Virus record (IMG/VR): IMGVR_UViG_3300047409_000266
Location: 1-64,000 of that record
Strand: one strand, 5' to 3'
From: a virus
DNA: 64,000 nt
Below are positions 54,334-63,919 of the stretch, piece after piece (positions within the stretch are counted from its first letter, which is position 1; the number at the start of each line of letters is the position of its first letter). The notes beneath the pieces were generated by a model, which was not told the origin of the DNA, searched no databases, and saw nothing but the letters and a program-made list of their open reading frames with translations. The position numbers and the translations under genes were made by a program.

Positions 54334-55206
54334 ATGCTGGCTACAGCTAGGCGCGGCCGTCCACCTCAAAATGGCGATCGCTACGACTGTGGGAAACTCA
54401 AGCCGCGCAAGGCGGCAAAGCCAACAGCAGAGCCCATGTCAGGGGCGCTATGGCAGCGCATCAGACAGCACGGGCGCAAAGTCACCATGGACCCCAGGCT
54501 GGCCACCGAACTAGGCCGCCTCAATTGCTTCGCAGAACTAACAAATCTCCAGACCGCGGCAGGCTTTCGAGTAGCCGAGATTTACGGGCGTTTCGAGGGT
54601 CTACGCAAGTTGCGCCGGGTGCCCAAGGGCCAATCGATAGATGGTGGGTTCGGGGAGGCTGGGCTAGCTGAAGAACTGATGGCGCCAGCGACATTGAGTG
54701 ATCTTGAGGAAAGCATACGATCAGCGAGTGAAGCATTCGACAAGCTGCAAGAGCTCATAGACGATGAGGCCACACTGGTGCACCTCGAACCTCGATCGTT
54801 ACGCGCAACGCTTGAGCAACTTTGCGTCGAGGACAAGAGCATAAACCCGACATTGTATGATGCCATTCGTCAGTGCCTAGAGGCTGTAGCCCTCAAGTTT
54901 GGGGTCACGAACGAGGACCGCACACAGGATACCAACCGCCGCGCCGGCACACCGCTGCACTTCAACACCCATCTCGACAGCCCATCAGACACTAAGCCAC
55001 AGGCCCCTCGTCCAGCCAATCTCGGCCGTGAGAGCTTCATCAAAGTGGTTTGCGCACTCAACCAGACGCTCACCGTCCATGACGCCGCGATCGCCTGGGA
55101 GACGCAGCAGACGCTAGAGCAGCGCGCGCGTTTTATCCGTGACAAGGCCAAAATCCGCTCTGGTGCTACCGTTGACGAGCGCGCCGCTGCATTGCGAGTG
55201 AGATAA
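54334..55206 (+). CDS. putative late-gene regulator / antiterminator (DUF6456-like)
   Basis: RRGRP...G.R...GKLK...LGRL...LT..Q..AG; Q-like position before a terminator. Confidence 0.5.
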   Translation: MLATARRGRPPQNGDRYDCGKLKPRKAAKPTAEPMSGALWQRIRQHGRKVTMDPRLATELGRLNCFAELTNLQTAAGFRVAEIYGRFEGLRKLRRVPKGQSIDGGFGEAGLAEELMAPATLSDLEESIRSASEAFDKLQELIDDEATLVHLEPRSLRATLEQLCVEDKSINPTLYDAIRQCLEAVALKFGVTNEDRTQDTNRRAGTPLHFNTHLDSPSDTKPQAPRPANLGRESFIKVVCALNQTLTVHDAAIAWETQQTLEQRARFIRDKAKIRSGATVDERAAALRVR

Positions 55207-55340
55207 TTTCGGAAATTGTTCACTACGTTGATAGTTTCGATGGCATCAGCATTGACGAATCACTTGAAATGAATTACGGAAATAATTGCAAGCGTGAAGT
55301 CCCACGCTCGCGAATACGCAACCTCCAAGGTCCCCACCGA

Positions 55341-55396
55341 GAGACCAGCGCCGTCGATAGTCCCCCGACACCACGGCGTTGGTCTTTTCGTTTCTT
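55341..55396 (+). terminator. intrinsic terminator (tR'-like position)
   Basis: GACCAGCGCCGT...ACGGCGTTGGTC followed by TTTTCGTTTCTT. Confidence 0.7.
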
Positions 55397-55688
55397 GAGA
55401 TGACGAGCGGTTCGGCTTGGAATTGGGAGAGTGACCCTGCACAGGCCCAAGCCGTAAAGGGTGACGCGCTAAGAAATACGTGCGGTGGAACCCGATTGCA
55501 TAATTTGGCTCTGATTTGCATAAATCACCCCTGACGGCGAATATCCGACCCACAAGGAAGCCCACCAGTTCGATATTTCATGCTTCTAGGTAGTTCAGCC
55601 TGGAGGTAAAATCTCAGATTGCGGCAATCGAATACCTATCGCATACGAGATTTTGTTGCTGAGATTTGAGCTTTTCACAGGAGCTACC

Positions 55689-56150
55689 ATGCCATCCGCC
55701 GCTGCTAAACGATCCCAAAAGATCACACCAAAGCTAACTCCAAAGCCACCGCAGATTATGCTCAAAGCCGATAATATCAGCATCACGGCAACCGCCGATA
55801 ATGACGGCCACATAAGGGTTATCGCAAACTCCTGGGACGACGCGCGTGTGTTGTTAGTTGGTGAGCGCCTCGTGATTTCTCAGGTCGATGGCCAGATCAA
55901 TTTGGTTCGGCATTATCGATCACCACCGGGCGATTTGGTACAGGGCTGGGCGGCAGAGAAGTTCACGGAAATCAAGCTGCGCGCTAGTGTTTTGAAGGAC
56001 GTCGGCAATCGCGTTAGCTACAGCGGCCGCGGTACTTCCGCTGGAAAGCCCAGTTATTATGAGGAATGGACGGATTCGTTTGCGCCCAAGAATTGGCTCG
56101 AGATGTCGTGGGTTCGCGGCAGAATTCACATGATCGAGCGATCGCGTTAG
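55689..56150 (+). CDS. hypothetical protein
   Basis: CAGGAG RBS before ATG 55689. Confidence 0.6.
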   Translation: MPSAAAKRSQKITPKLTPKPPQIMLKADNISITATADNDGHIRVIANSWDDARVLLVGERLVISQVDGQINLVRHYRSPPGDLVQGWAAEKFTEIKLRASVLKDVGNRVSYSGRGTSAGKPSYYEEWTDSFAPKNWLEMSWVRGRIHMIERSR

Positions 56151-56186
56151 ACTAACGCCGATTAGCCGCGCGAAAGAGACAACCTG

Positions 56187-56525
56187 ATGCGCCTCTCCAT
56201 CACCAACGACGGCAAAAACGATCTGCCATACATGGTTGTCGACGGCCACGGCTTTCTGCTTGATCTCAGCGCCGTACACGGCACGATGGTTGACAAGACC
56301 ATCTATGCCGTTGAATGGGGCTTGGGCGTATTCAGCGGTGAGGCTCGAGAGTTTGGCGTCATCACGCGCCAGGACGGCACCAAGCAGACGTTTTTTGATT
56401 TCAATCTGCTCAAACCGTACATCGACGCATGGCGCGCCAAGAAGGCCGATCTCGCGGCCGAGCAGGTTGCGTTTGAGGCCAAGGCGCGCGCCGATGCTGA
56501 ACTGGCGCGGCAGGCAGCGTCGTGA
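56187..56525 (+). CDS. hypothetical protein, possible tail-fibre assembly factor
   Basis: MVVDG...IYAVEW....G......PYIDAW. Confidence 0.55.
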   Translation: MRLSITNDGKNDLPYMVVDGHGFLLDLSAVHGTMVDKTIYAVEWGLGVFSGEAREFGVITRQDGTKQTFFDFNLLKPYIDAWRAKKADLAAEQVAFEAKARADAELARQAAS

Positions 56526-56710
56526 ACATCCTTCAGATCATAACTGCGCTTTGGCTTATTCCGCTAGGCGTAGTGGTTCTGATTTTTTCATTTCGAATAT
56601 TGTATTTGGCGCTTGTTGAAGGAGGCTGGCCATTCGGCGCGGCGTGTGTTCTGGCGCTGCTGATGGCTATTTTCTACGTGGCCTCCTACGACGAAACTTG
56701 ATGAGGCAAC

Positions 56711-56920
56711 ATGAGTGCGGCGTCTACGATCCGCAAGCTAGATCAAGATAATCGAGAGCAAGCGGTCAAGGTACAGAAGCTTTATTGGACGATGCGGCCA
56801 GACCAGCTTGAGATTGCCATGCACCTACTCCGCTCATGGCATGCGATGTCATCGATTACAGACTTCAATCACCCAACGACGCGGCGCGCCATCAAGAGGG
56901 CGTTAGAACAGCGGCCCTAA
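56711..56920 (+). CDS. hypothetical protein
   Basis: GAGG RBS. Confidence 0.5.
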   Translation: MSAASTIRKLDQDNREQAVKVQKLYWTMRPDQLEIAMHLLRSWHAMSSITDFNHPTTRRAIKRALEQRP

Positions 56921-56935
56921 CGCAATGGATGACGC

Positions 56936-57934
56936 ATGAGCGCAGGCCATCCACACGTTCGCGGAAACAAACAAACCAAGGCCGAGCTCGACGAAATAAC
57001 CAAGACTGACGACTTCAAGAGGCTATGGCAGCGCTGGAAAAGCTTTGACGTTACCCACGATATCCACGATCTCGCTGGCTACAACGTCGACGGCACAATC
57101 CGTTACCTCGACAAGGACTTCTTTCACGCTTTATTCGATCCAGAGGTAGCCAAGAAGCTTGGGATTGGCGCGATCGACACTGGCCTGTCTCCGATGGACA
57201 CCATCGCGTGCCTCATGCAGCACGAGGGCATCGAGAAAACAGCCATCGACGCAGACAACAAATTTGACACCTACGATCCGGCGCATGGATTGGCTACCAT
57301 TGCCGAGCATCAGGAGGTCCGCGCCAAGGGCGGGACACCGGCCAAATACGAGCGCGGGCTCGCGGCGGCTATCAAGTTTTGCGAGAGCAAAGAGCTCAAG
57401 AATCCGCCCAAGGATTTAGCCTGCGCGCCGATGCTCGATGATCCGGACGAGGAACACGATAAGGCAGCACTCAAAACATTGCAGGACTCTGGTGTCGAGG
57501 ACGCTTTCAAGGCATCGCGGCATTCCGTCGACTATTCCAAGTCTGACGGTGAGGATCGCTGCAGCCGCTGCAAATATTGGCTGGCCGATGATCGAACGCA
57601 GGAGCTATCACCCTGCCATGAAGTGGAGGGCCTCGTGCGAACAGATCGTTGGTGCAAGGACTTCGAAAGCGTGCCGGCTGAAAAGATCGCCAAGCAGAAC
57701 GAGGATCTCAAGACCACGGTATCTACGATGGCCGGTCAGATTGAGAAGCTCACCGCCGGTATGTCAGACCTCGAGAAGCGCCTATCTCAGGCGATTGCCA
57801 AGGGCCCCAAGAGCCGCAAGCGCAAGAAAACCGTCACGACGCGCCGCGATGACAAGGGCCAGCTTGTGGCTGATGTGGTCGAGGAAGATGAGCCCGACGC
57901 GCCAGAGATCGAGCCGCAAGAGGCACGCCAGTGA
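56936..57934 (+). CDS. protein with HExxE motif, HiPIP-like 4-Cys domain and coiled coil
   Basis: HEGIE...AH..A...EH; Y......CSRC..W...C..VEG.V....WC. Confidence 0.6.
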   Translation: MSAGHPHVRGNKQTKAELDEITKTDDFKRLWQRWKSFDVTHDIHDLAGYNVDGTIRYLDKDFFHALFDPEVAKKLGIGAIDTGLSPMDTIACLMQHEGIEKTAIDADNKFDTYDPAHGLATIAEHQEVRAKGGTPAKYERGLAAAIKFCESKELKNPPKDLACAPMLDDPDEEHDKAALKTLQDSGVEDAFKASRHSVDYSKSDGEDRCSRCKYWLADDRTQELSPCHEVEGLVRTDRWCKDFESVPAEKIAKQNEDLKTTVSTMAGQIEKLTAGMSDLEKRLSQAIAKGPKSRKRKKTVTTRRDDKGQLVADVVEEDEPDAPEIEPQEARQ

Positions 57935-58320
57935 GCTTCCAGTACTCGGTCACGGTCAGAAATGCGCGCCTTGACGTCGTTGAGAGCACGATCGGCGCCT
58001 CCGCGGTGCTCAAGGTGTTCTCTGGCGCCGAGCCTGCAAACTGCGCGGCGGCTGATCCTGGTGGGCTTCTTGCCACGCTCAACTTACCCGCAGATTGGAT
58101 GGCGGCGGCGGCTAGCGGTTCAAAGGCGAAGCTTGGTACGTGGTCAGCCACGGCGAGCGGGAGTGGTCAGGCCGCGTCCTGGCGCATCTATGAGGCCACG
58201 GCCACGACCTGCCACATGCAGGGGAACTGCACGACTGATCTGATTCCGGATAACTCGAACGTGGTGGTCGGGCAGACGTTTACGGTCGCGACGTTCCAAC
58301 TTAATGCGGGTAATGCGTAG
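57931..58320 (+). CDS. virion structural protein
   Basis: RNARLD...LKVFSG..P....A...LLATL...GQAASWRI...QG. Confidence 0.6.
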   Translation: MSFQYSVTVRNARLDVVESTIGASAVLKVFSGAEPANCAAADPGGLLATLNLPADWMAAAASGSKAKLGTWSATASGSGQAASWRIYEATATTCHMQGNCTTDLIPDNSNVVVGQTFTVATFQLNAGNA

Positions 58321-58322
58321 TC

Positions 58323-58796
58323 ATGTCCATCGTATCATCCGTCATCGCACGCAACGATGTGCAGGCCGATGGGCGGCGCTGGATTTATGAAATCCACAAA
58401 GATCAGGCTGGAGTAGAGCATTACCGCTCATACCTAGCGGCGGCTGGATTTGATACGGCGGCAGCGTTAGCGGCTTATGCCACGCAATGCTGGGCCGATA
58501 TTCAGGCGAGCGAGATATCACAGAACATTTCTCAGGTGACGACGCTGGGCTCACTGGCCACAACGACGCTGGTTTACACGACTGCAGCGGCAAACTTTGC
58601 GGCGCTTCGGGTGGCATATCAAACAGCCACGCAAGATCAGGCGATAATGATCGGGGATTTTCTGAGTTCGTTGACCAACGGACAGTTGCAGACAGCATTT
58701 GGGATGACAGCGGGGCAAGTGACAACGCTTCGCACTAATAAGTTAACGCCAGCGGCAACGCTTGCGGCTTCAATTCGTGCATCGGTGGGGCAGTAA
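58323..58796 (+). CDS. hypothetical protein
   Basis: operon continuity. Confidence 0.6.
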   Translation: MSIVSSVIARNDVQADGRRWIYEIHKDQAGVEHYRSYLAAAGFDTAAALAAYATQCWADIQASEISQNISQVTTLGSLATTTLVYTTAAANFAALRVAYQTATQDQAIMIGDFLSSLTNGQLQTAFGMTAGQVTTLRTNKLTPAATLAASIRASVGQ

Positions 58797-60578
58797 ATGG
58801 CCCTCGTCGATAATGCTTGGTACGTCAACTACGGCAATGGCTCATCGACCGGATACTACGGTGTTGCACAATGGGCGGCACTTACGACTTACGACTGCGG
58901 TACATTAATACGTCAACTTGCTGCTCCTGCTGTCGGGAGTGAGCGCGTTTTTGTTGCCATCGCTGGCCACGTTGCATCGAGCGCATCGGAGCCAACGTGG
59001 GTCATCACGAGAGGCGGCAAGACAACTGACACAACTATTACGTGGCAAGAGTGCACAGGCATCGCTGCGCTCAACGGCGATCTCTCTGCAAATACACCGG
59101 CGTGGAACAACGCGAGTATCAAAAATTCAGCGATCACGCTCGGGCAAGTCATTCAGAACGTCGCTGGTACGCTGGTTCTGATCTGCACGGTTGCGGGGAC
59201 TGCAGGTAACGGCGCGGAGCCATCCTGGGCGGCATACACAACGGCGGGCGCAACAACCACAGACAACACCGTCACCTGGGTCACTCTCGGCCCATCGTTC
59301 TCTGCATGGGCTGCGCCACATGCGAGACTGGCGAATGCTCTAACAACAAATTGGGTACAGGCCGGAAATAAAGTATTTGTCGGAGATAATCACGCAGAGA
59401 CGCAAGCATCTGGGACTACATTGACTGGCGCAGGGACTCTTGCCTCTCCGGTTCTTATTTATTGTGTAGACCATACCGCTGCGGTTCCACCTGGCAGTGC
59501 AAATCTTGCAACTACAGCCTCCATAACCAATACCACTAGCGTGAATGCTCCCGTGCTATCTGGTATTTATTATATCTACGGGATCATTTTCGATTCTGGT
59601 GGTGGGGGCGCAACCACTAATATTATTTGGCTAACTGGGAGCCAAATTAAATTAGAAAATTGCGCACTTAGAAAAACTGGGACGGTTTCTTCAAATAATG
59701 CGATACTCCTACAAGGAAATAAAATTGAACTCGTCAATACCACAATGCAGTTTGCAAACACCGGAGACGGTCTTAGGATAGGAGGCGGTACGATTATTTG
59801 GCGAAATACCGCATCCGCCATCACGGGCGCAACTTTGCCGACCTCTTTTTTATCGTATCAGAGCCTTATAACCGGCGGTAGCTTCGTTGTGACTGGAGTG
59901 GATTTATCCGCTTTAGGATCAGGTAAAACCATCGTACCAGCATTAAGTTTGCCTTACCTAGTGTCATTCATTGATTGCAAGCTAGGTGCCTCCGTGACTA
60001 CTGGTGCGACACCGACTGTAGCTGGTGCGACGGCCGATTTTATAGGCACAGATAGTTCCGGCACCAATTATAGACAGGAACGCTATCAATATCAGGGCAC
60101 CCAGACTGTTGAGACAACCATAGTCCGCACCGGTGGGGCGACCGATGGCACAACGCCGATAAGTTGGAAAATCGTTAATACAGCAAATAGCAAATGGGTT
60201 CTCCCATTTGAATGCTTGCCTTCCTCAATCTGGAACAACACCACTGGCTCAAACGTCATTATCACAATCTACGGAACGACTACGGGCGGCGGCACAATCA
60301 ACAACGACGATATTTGGTTTGAGGCCGTGTACTTCGGTGCAAGCGGAAATCCGCAAGGCTCATTCGCCACATCAACCAAAGCAAATAATCTAGCTTCGCC
60401 TTCTGCCTATTCCTCTGATGCCTCGGTATGGGGCGGCAGCGGTGCCGGTAACGGCTTCAAAATGACTGTGACACTCTCAGCTCCGCAGCCACAGCTTAAG
60501 GGGCCGATATACGTTTACATCAAGGCAGCGAAGGCAAGCGCGACGTATTATATAGATCCCAAAATTGTATTGAGTTAA
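58797..60578 (+). CDS. fibre/spike-like protein with beta-helix character
   Basis: T/G/S-rich; duplicated EP.W.....G.TTD..(I/V)TW repeat. Confidence 0.6.
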   Translation: MALVDNAWYVNYGNGSSTGYYGVAQWAALTTYDCGTLIRQLAAPAVGSERVFVAIAGHVASSASEPTWVITRGGKTTDTTITWQECTGIAALNGDLSANTPAWNNASIKNSAITLGQVIQNVAGTLVLICTVAGTAGNGAEPSWAAYTTAGATTTDNTVTWVTLGPSFSAWAAPHARLANALTTNWVQAGNKVFVGDNHAETQASGTTLTGAGTLASPVLIYCVDHTAAVPPGSANLATTASITNTTSVNAPVLSGIYYIYGIIFDSGGGGATTNIIWLTGSQIKLENCALRKTGTVSSNNAILLQGNKIELVNTTMQFANTGDGLRIGGGTIIWRNTASAITGATLPTSFLSYQSLITGGSFVVTGVDLSALGSGKTIVPALSLPYLVSFIDCKLGASVTTGATPTVAGATADFIGTDSSGTNYRQERYQYQGTQTVETTIVRTGGATDGTTPISWKIVNTANSKWVLPFECLPSSIWNNTTGSNVIITIYGTTTGGGTINNDDIWFEAVYFGASGNPQGSFATSTKANNLASPSAYSSDASVWGGSGAGNGFKMTVTLSAPQPQLKGPIYVYIKAAKASATYYIDPKIVLS

Positions 60579-60582
60579 CTCC

Positions 60583-61557
60583 ATGGCGCGAACATATATT
60601 GTCGCGCCTGGTGTCTACGTTGAAGAAACGTCGACAAGGAGCTACATTCTTGCTCCTGGCGTCTACGTCAGCGAGCAATGGCTCGATCCGGCACCCGAGT
60701 TTCTCGTCGATCTTGCTATCATTGCGGCGTGGCAGCCAGCCGATCCACCACCGCAGCAACAACGACGGCTAAATCCTGCACTTCTTGCGCCGGCAGTGGT
60801 GGCGGCAAATCCGCCATATTCGATCACGGCATGGCTCTCTGCGGTCATCCAAGCGTGGCAGCCTTCCGATCCCCTGCCACATCAGATCAGAAAGCTCTCC
60901 CCTGGAATACCCGGCCAGAGTGTTGACCAACCTCCATTCGTAAATGAAGGGCGAAATACTACCGCCACACCGATTGTCCAGGCTTGGCAACCAGTAGACC
61001 TGCAACCTACGCTGCCACGGTATCTGGCGCAGGTTTCTGTCACTTACGTCCCATATACGCCGACATGGCTATCTGGTGTTCTGCAAGCTTGGCAGTCCCC
61101 TGAACCACAGCCATTTCTCGGCGGTCAACAGCCTCTAGCCGGCCGCGCGCTTCCGCAGCCGCTTGGTCCAATCACGGCGAATGCTGCGATCACGGAAGCC
61201 GATGATACGCTCTCGGCGACAGCGACCGTCTCGCAGCCCGTCGTTACACAGCTTCCTGGTGGCGGTAAGCGGCGTCGGCATGGTGCTGGCGATCAGCCGC
61301 TACCGCGCGAGCTCACGCGAGGTGATACCAAGCGCGCCAAGATTGCCGGCGATCTCGTTGCCGAGCATCTGGCCGAGGTTGTGTCGATCGCCTCGGCGCG
61401 GCTTGTCGAGCAAGATGACGGTGTAAAAGCTCGAGCCAGCATTTCCAGAAATGCAGGACTCAGAGTAAGAGAGGCCGATGATCGGCTTACGGCTACCGCG
61501 ACAATAGGATGGCCTGACCCGACCGATGAGGAAATGGCTCTTATCTTGGCGGCTTAG
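60583..61557 (+). CDS. Pro-rich repeat protein
   Basis: 4x (Q/A)AWQ..(D/E)..P and 3x E.DD....A repeats. Confidence 0.6.
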   Translation: MARTYIVAPGVYVEETSTRSYILAPGVYVSEQWLDPAPEFLVDLAIIAAWQPADPPPQQQRRLNPALLAPAVVAANPPYSITAWLSAVIQAWQPSDPLPHQIRKLSPGIPGQSVDQPPFVNEGRNTTATPIVQAWQPVDLQPTLPRYLAQVSVTYVPYTPTWLSGVLQAWQSPEPQPFLGGQQPLAGRALPQPLGPITANAAITEADDTLSATATVSQPVVTQLPGGGKRRRHGAGDQPLPRELTRGDTKRAKIAGDLVAEHLAEVVSIASARLVEQDDGVKARASISRNAGLRVREADDRLTATATIGWPDPTDEEMALILAA

Positions 61558-61782
61558 ATGGAAAAATCCTGCCGCACATGCCGGTTCAGCGCCCCGGCGA
61601 ATCCCGATGAGACCAGTGGCGTATGCCGTCTTTCTCCGCCCGAGATGAGGTGGCTTGAGGACGGAAAGATTCAAAGTCAGTTTCCGCCCGTGAACCTCGA
61701 CGCGATGGTGTGTGGGAAGCATGAACCGCATGATCTTCCGCCAGGACCGAAGATTCGCTATTGGTGGTATGGCTGGAAATGA
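61558..61782 (+). CDS. Cys-rich small protein
   Basis: CRTCRF...GVCR..PP...FP.V.....CG.H. Confidence 0.6.
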   Translation: MEKSCRTCRFSAPANPDETSGVCRLSPPEMRWLEDGKIQSQFPPVNLDAMVCGKHEPHDLPPGPKIRYWWYGWK

Positions 61783-62009
61783 GCATCGTGCATGAGGACG
61801 AGGCCAAACAGCACATCTGTCCGATCATGACAGGCGGCTGGCTCAACGATATGCCGAGATGCCAAGGCATCCGCTGCATGGCGTGGCGCAAGGCCGGTAT
61901 ACATTCGAAGCTCGGGTACTGCGGACTTTCTGGGGTGCCATCGTATGGCTGGGAAGATCGTCCACCGACTCAGCTTGAGAACTTGCCTCCGCCCGCGAAA
62001 CGGGTGTAA
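61779..62009 (+). CDS. Cys-rich small protein
   Basis: EA....CP...C....CMAWR...GYCGL. Confidence 0.6.
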   Translation: MSIVHEDEAKQHICPIMTGGWLNDMPRCQGIRCMAWRKAGIHSKLGYCGLSGVPSYGWEDRPPTQLENLPPPAKRV

Positions 62010-62018
62010 CTGGATTGC

Positions 62019-62330
62019 ATGCGCTTTAGACCTATCAGAAGCACCATCGGCTGGCTGATCGAGATATTCAGCCTCAACACCACAGTTGATCGCGTTGCTG
62101 CCTTAGAAACTGAAAACTATCACCTACGACAGAGGATACGTGACATGGCTGGCGAAATTGACGCTCTCAAGAGCAATCTCGGAAAACTGCAGACATCGGT
62201 AGCAGCGTTGCAGGTGCGCGTGGCTGGGCTTTCCTCCATCAACCCGGCCGATGTCACTGCGGCATCCGATGCGGTTGGCGCCGCTGCGGCTACGCTTGAT
62301 AGCATCGCGCCGGCAACACCTACTCCGTAA
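62019..62330 (+). CDS. coiled-coil protein
   Basis: heptad pattern. Confidence 0.55.
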   Translation: MRFRPIRSTIGWLIEIFSLNTTVDRVAALETENYHLRQRIRDMAGEIDALKSNLGKLQTSVAALQVRVAGLSSINPADVTAASDAVGAAAATLDSIAPATPTP

Positions 62331-62555
62331 CAGCGTGTTTGGTGGGTCTCGTAATCCAGGTTCCCATCCCCCAACCTTCCTGGACCGAGGAAGCATACCG
62401 CTTATCCGGTGTTTTCGCTCGCCGGGCCCACCATGTAGTTTGGCGTGCTGTCCGAACATGGGGCTTCCCTCCTGCCGTGGGAAGAAATGCAGGGCAGCAC
62501 GCCAGTTAGTTTGTGGCGTATCGAGTAGACATTCCCTCGAACAATAGGATACGCC

Positions 62556-63008
62556 ATGAAATTGCTCGTCGCCGCCTCTGCAATTCTGTTCGCGCTCGCC
62601 CAATCTGCCGTTGCGGGTGGTCATCACGTCATCGTAGCAAAGACGGTCTATCACGCCGCTCATCATGCCCATCACATCGTCAAAGTGGTGAAGGTGGTCA
62701 AAGTAGTGCATGTCGCTAAGGTGGCGACCGTCGCGCCCAAGGCCGCTACTAGCGCCACGCCAAAGGCGGCATCAGGTGGCGGTGGTGGCGGGGCATGGTG
62801 CACGGGTGGTTGTGTTGGCGTTGTGGTGTTCCAAGGTGTCATTCTGGCAATGATCGTGGGAGACGAGGTGAGGCGCACGATTGATGGCCCAGCCTGCGCT
62901 ACGAACAAGATGACGCGGCAATCGTATTTTGGCGTTGTCAGAGACGAGCCGAAGCTTTGGCGGAAACTCTGCAATTATGACCCGAACATTGTTGTCGCCC
63001 GCGGCTAA
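62556..63008 (+). CDS. exported His/Val/Lys-rich protein with TM segment
   Basis: signal peptide; HHAHHIVKVVKVVKVVHVAKV. Confidence 0.55.
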   Translation: MKLLVAASAILFALAQSAVAGGHHVIVAKTVYHAAHHAHHIVKVVKVVKVVHVAKVATVAPKAATSATPKAASGGGGGGAWCTGGCVGVVVFQGVILAMIVGDEVRRTIDGPACATNKMTRQSYFGVVRDEPKLWRKLCNYDPNIVVARG

Positions 63009-63030
63009 CCGTTTTATGTGAGACATCACC

Positions 63031-63918
63031 ATGGCACGCGAGGACATCCAGGCCACGATAGTCCGCGTTGCCAGAGAGGAAGGAATCGATCCGACATTCG
63101 CGTTGGCCGTGGCCGATCGCGAATCGAGCTTCAATCCAAACGCCCACGCTTCAAAGACAATCCACGGCCTGTTCCAGATGAGCGGCGACCTGCGTGGCAA
63201 GTACGGAATCGGCAACAGCACCGATCCGGAGGTACAGACCCGCGGCTGGACTGCCTTCATGCGTGATCTCAAGGCCAAGATGGGCGAACACCTTGGGCGT
63301 GCGCCGACTGATCGGGAAACCTATTTGGGTCACTTTTGGGGTGGACCGCGCGCCGCGCGCGTCTTATCCGGCCAGCACGCCAACCACGCGCCGGCTGATG
63401 TGTTCAGTCCTTACGAGCTCTCGATCAATCCGGAGCTGGCACGCGGCAAGAACATGGGCGGGCTCGCCTCGAACATCATGGGCGACATCGACCGCAGACA
63501 GGCCAAGTTTGGCGGTACGGGCGGCGCTGGCAACGATTTCTCTCAATACGGTGAAAATCCTCAAGGGGTAGACTTTGCTCAATTCGGTGAGCCTGAGAAC
63601 GTGTCTAAGCGCATTGCAGCCAAAGAAGATGAGGCACCCCAGACACCGCAACCATGGGCGGGCACAACTGCACCATGGAAGCCACCTACCTGGGCCAAAG
63701 CGCCAGCACCGAAAGCACCTACCGCACTTGCTCAAGCTGGCCAAACGGGCGGAGGCACGTCACGTTCAACACCCTCAAATCCTGCAGAGAATGTGGACAT
63801 GACCTCCGCCCCGGCCGCCGCTGCGCCGACAGGTTGGGGTGAGGAAGTCGATCTGTCGAAGTATCCGGATCGACAGGGCATTCCATCACCTGGGCTGCAA
63901 AGCCAGCTTGGAGCGTGA
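63031..63918 (+). CDS. lytic transglycosylase (SLT) domain protein
   Basis: AVADRESSFNPNA...GLFQM...YLGHFWG. Confidence 0.85.
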   Translation: MAREDIQATIVRVAREEGIDPTFALAVADRESSFNPNAHASKTIHGLFQMSGDLRGKYGIGNSTDPEVQTRGWTAFMRDLKAKMGEHLGRAPTDRETYLGHFWGGPRAARVLSGQHANHAPADVFSPYELSINPELARGKNMGGLASNIMGDIDRRQAKFGGTGGAGNDFSQYGENPQGVDFAQFGEPENVSKRIAAKEDEAPQTPQPWAGTTAPWKPPTWAKAPAPKAPTALAQAGQTGGGTSRSTPSNPAENVDMTSAPAAAAPTGWGEEVDLSKYPDRQGIPSPGLQSQLGA

Positions 63919-63919
63919 G

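Noticed and set aside
55250-55320. Late promoter pR'
   Set aside because: AT-rich with TTG hexamers, but no convincing -10 at the correct spacing
58797-61557. Diversity-generating retroelement target
   Set aside because: No reverse transcriptase or TR/VR pair seen in the window
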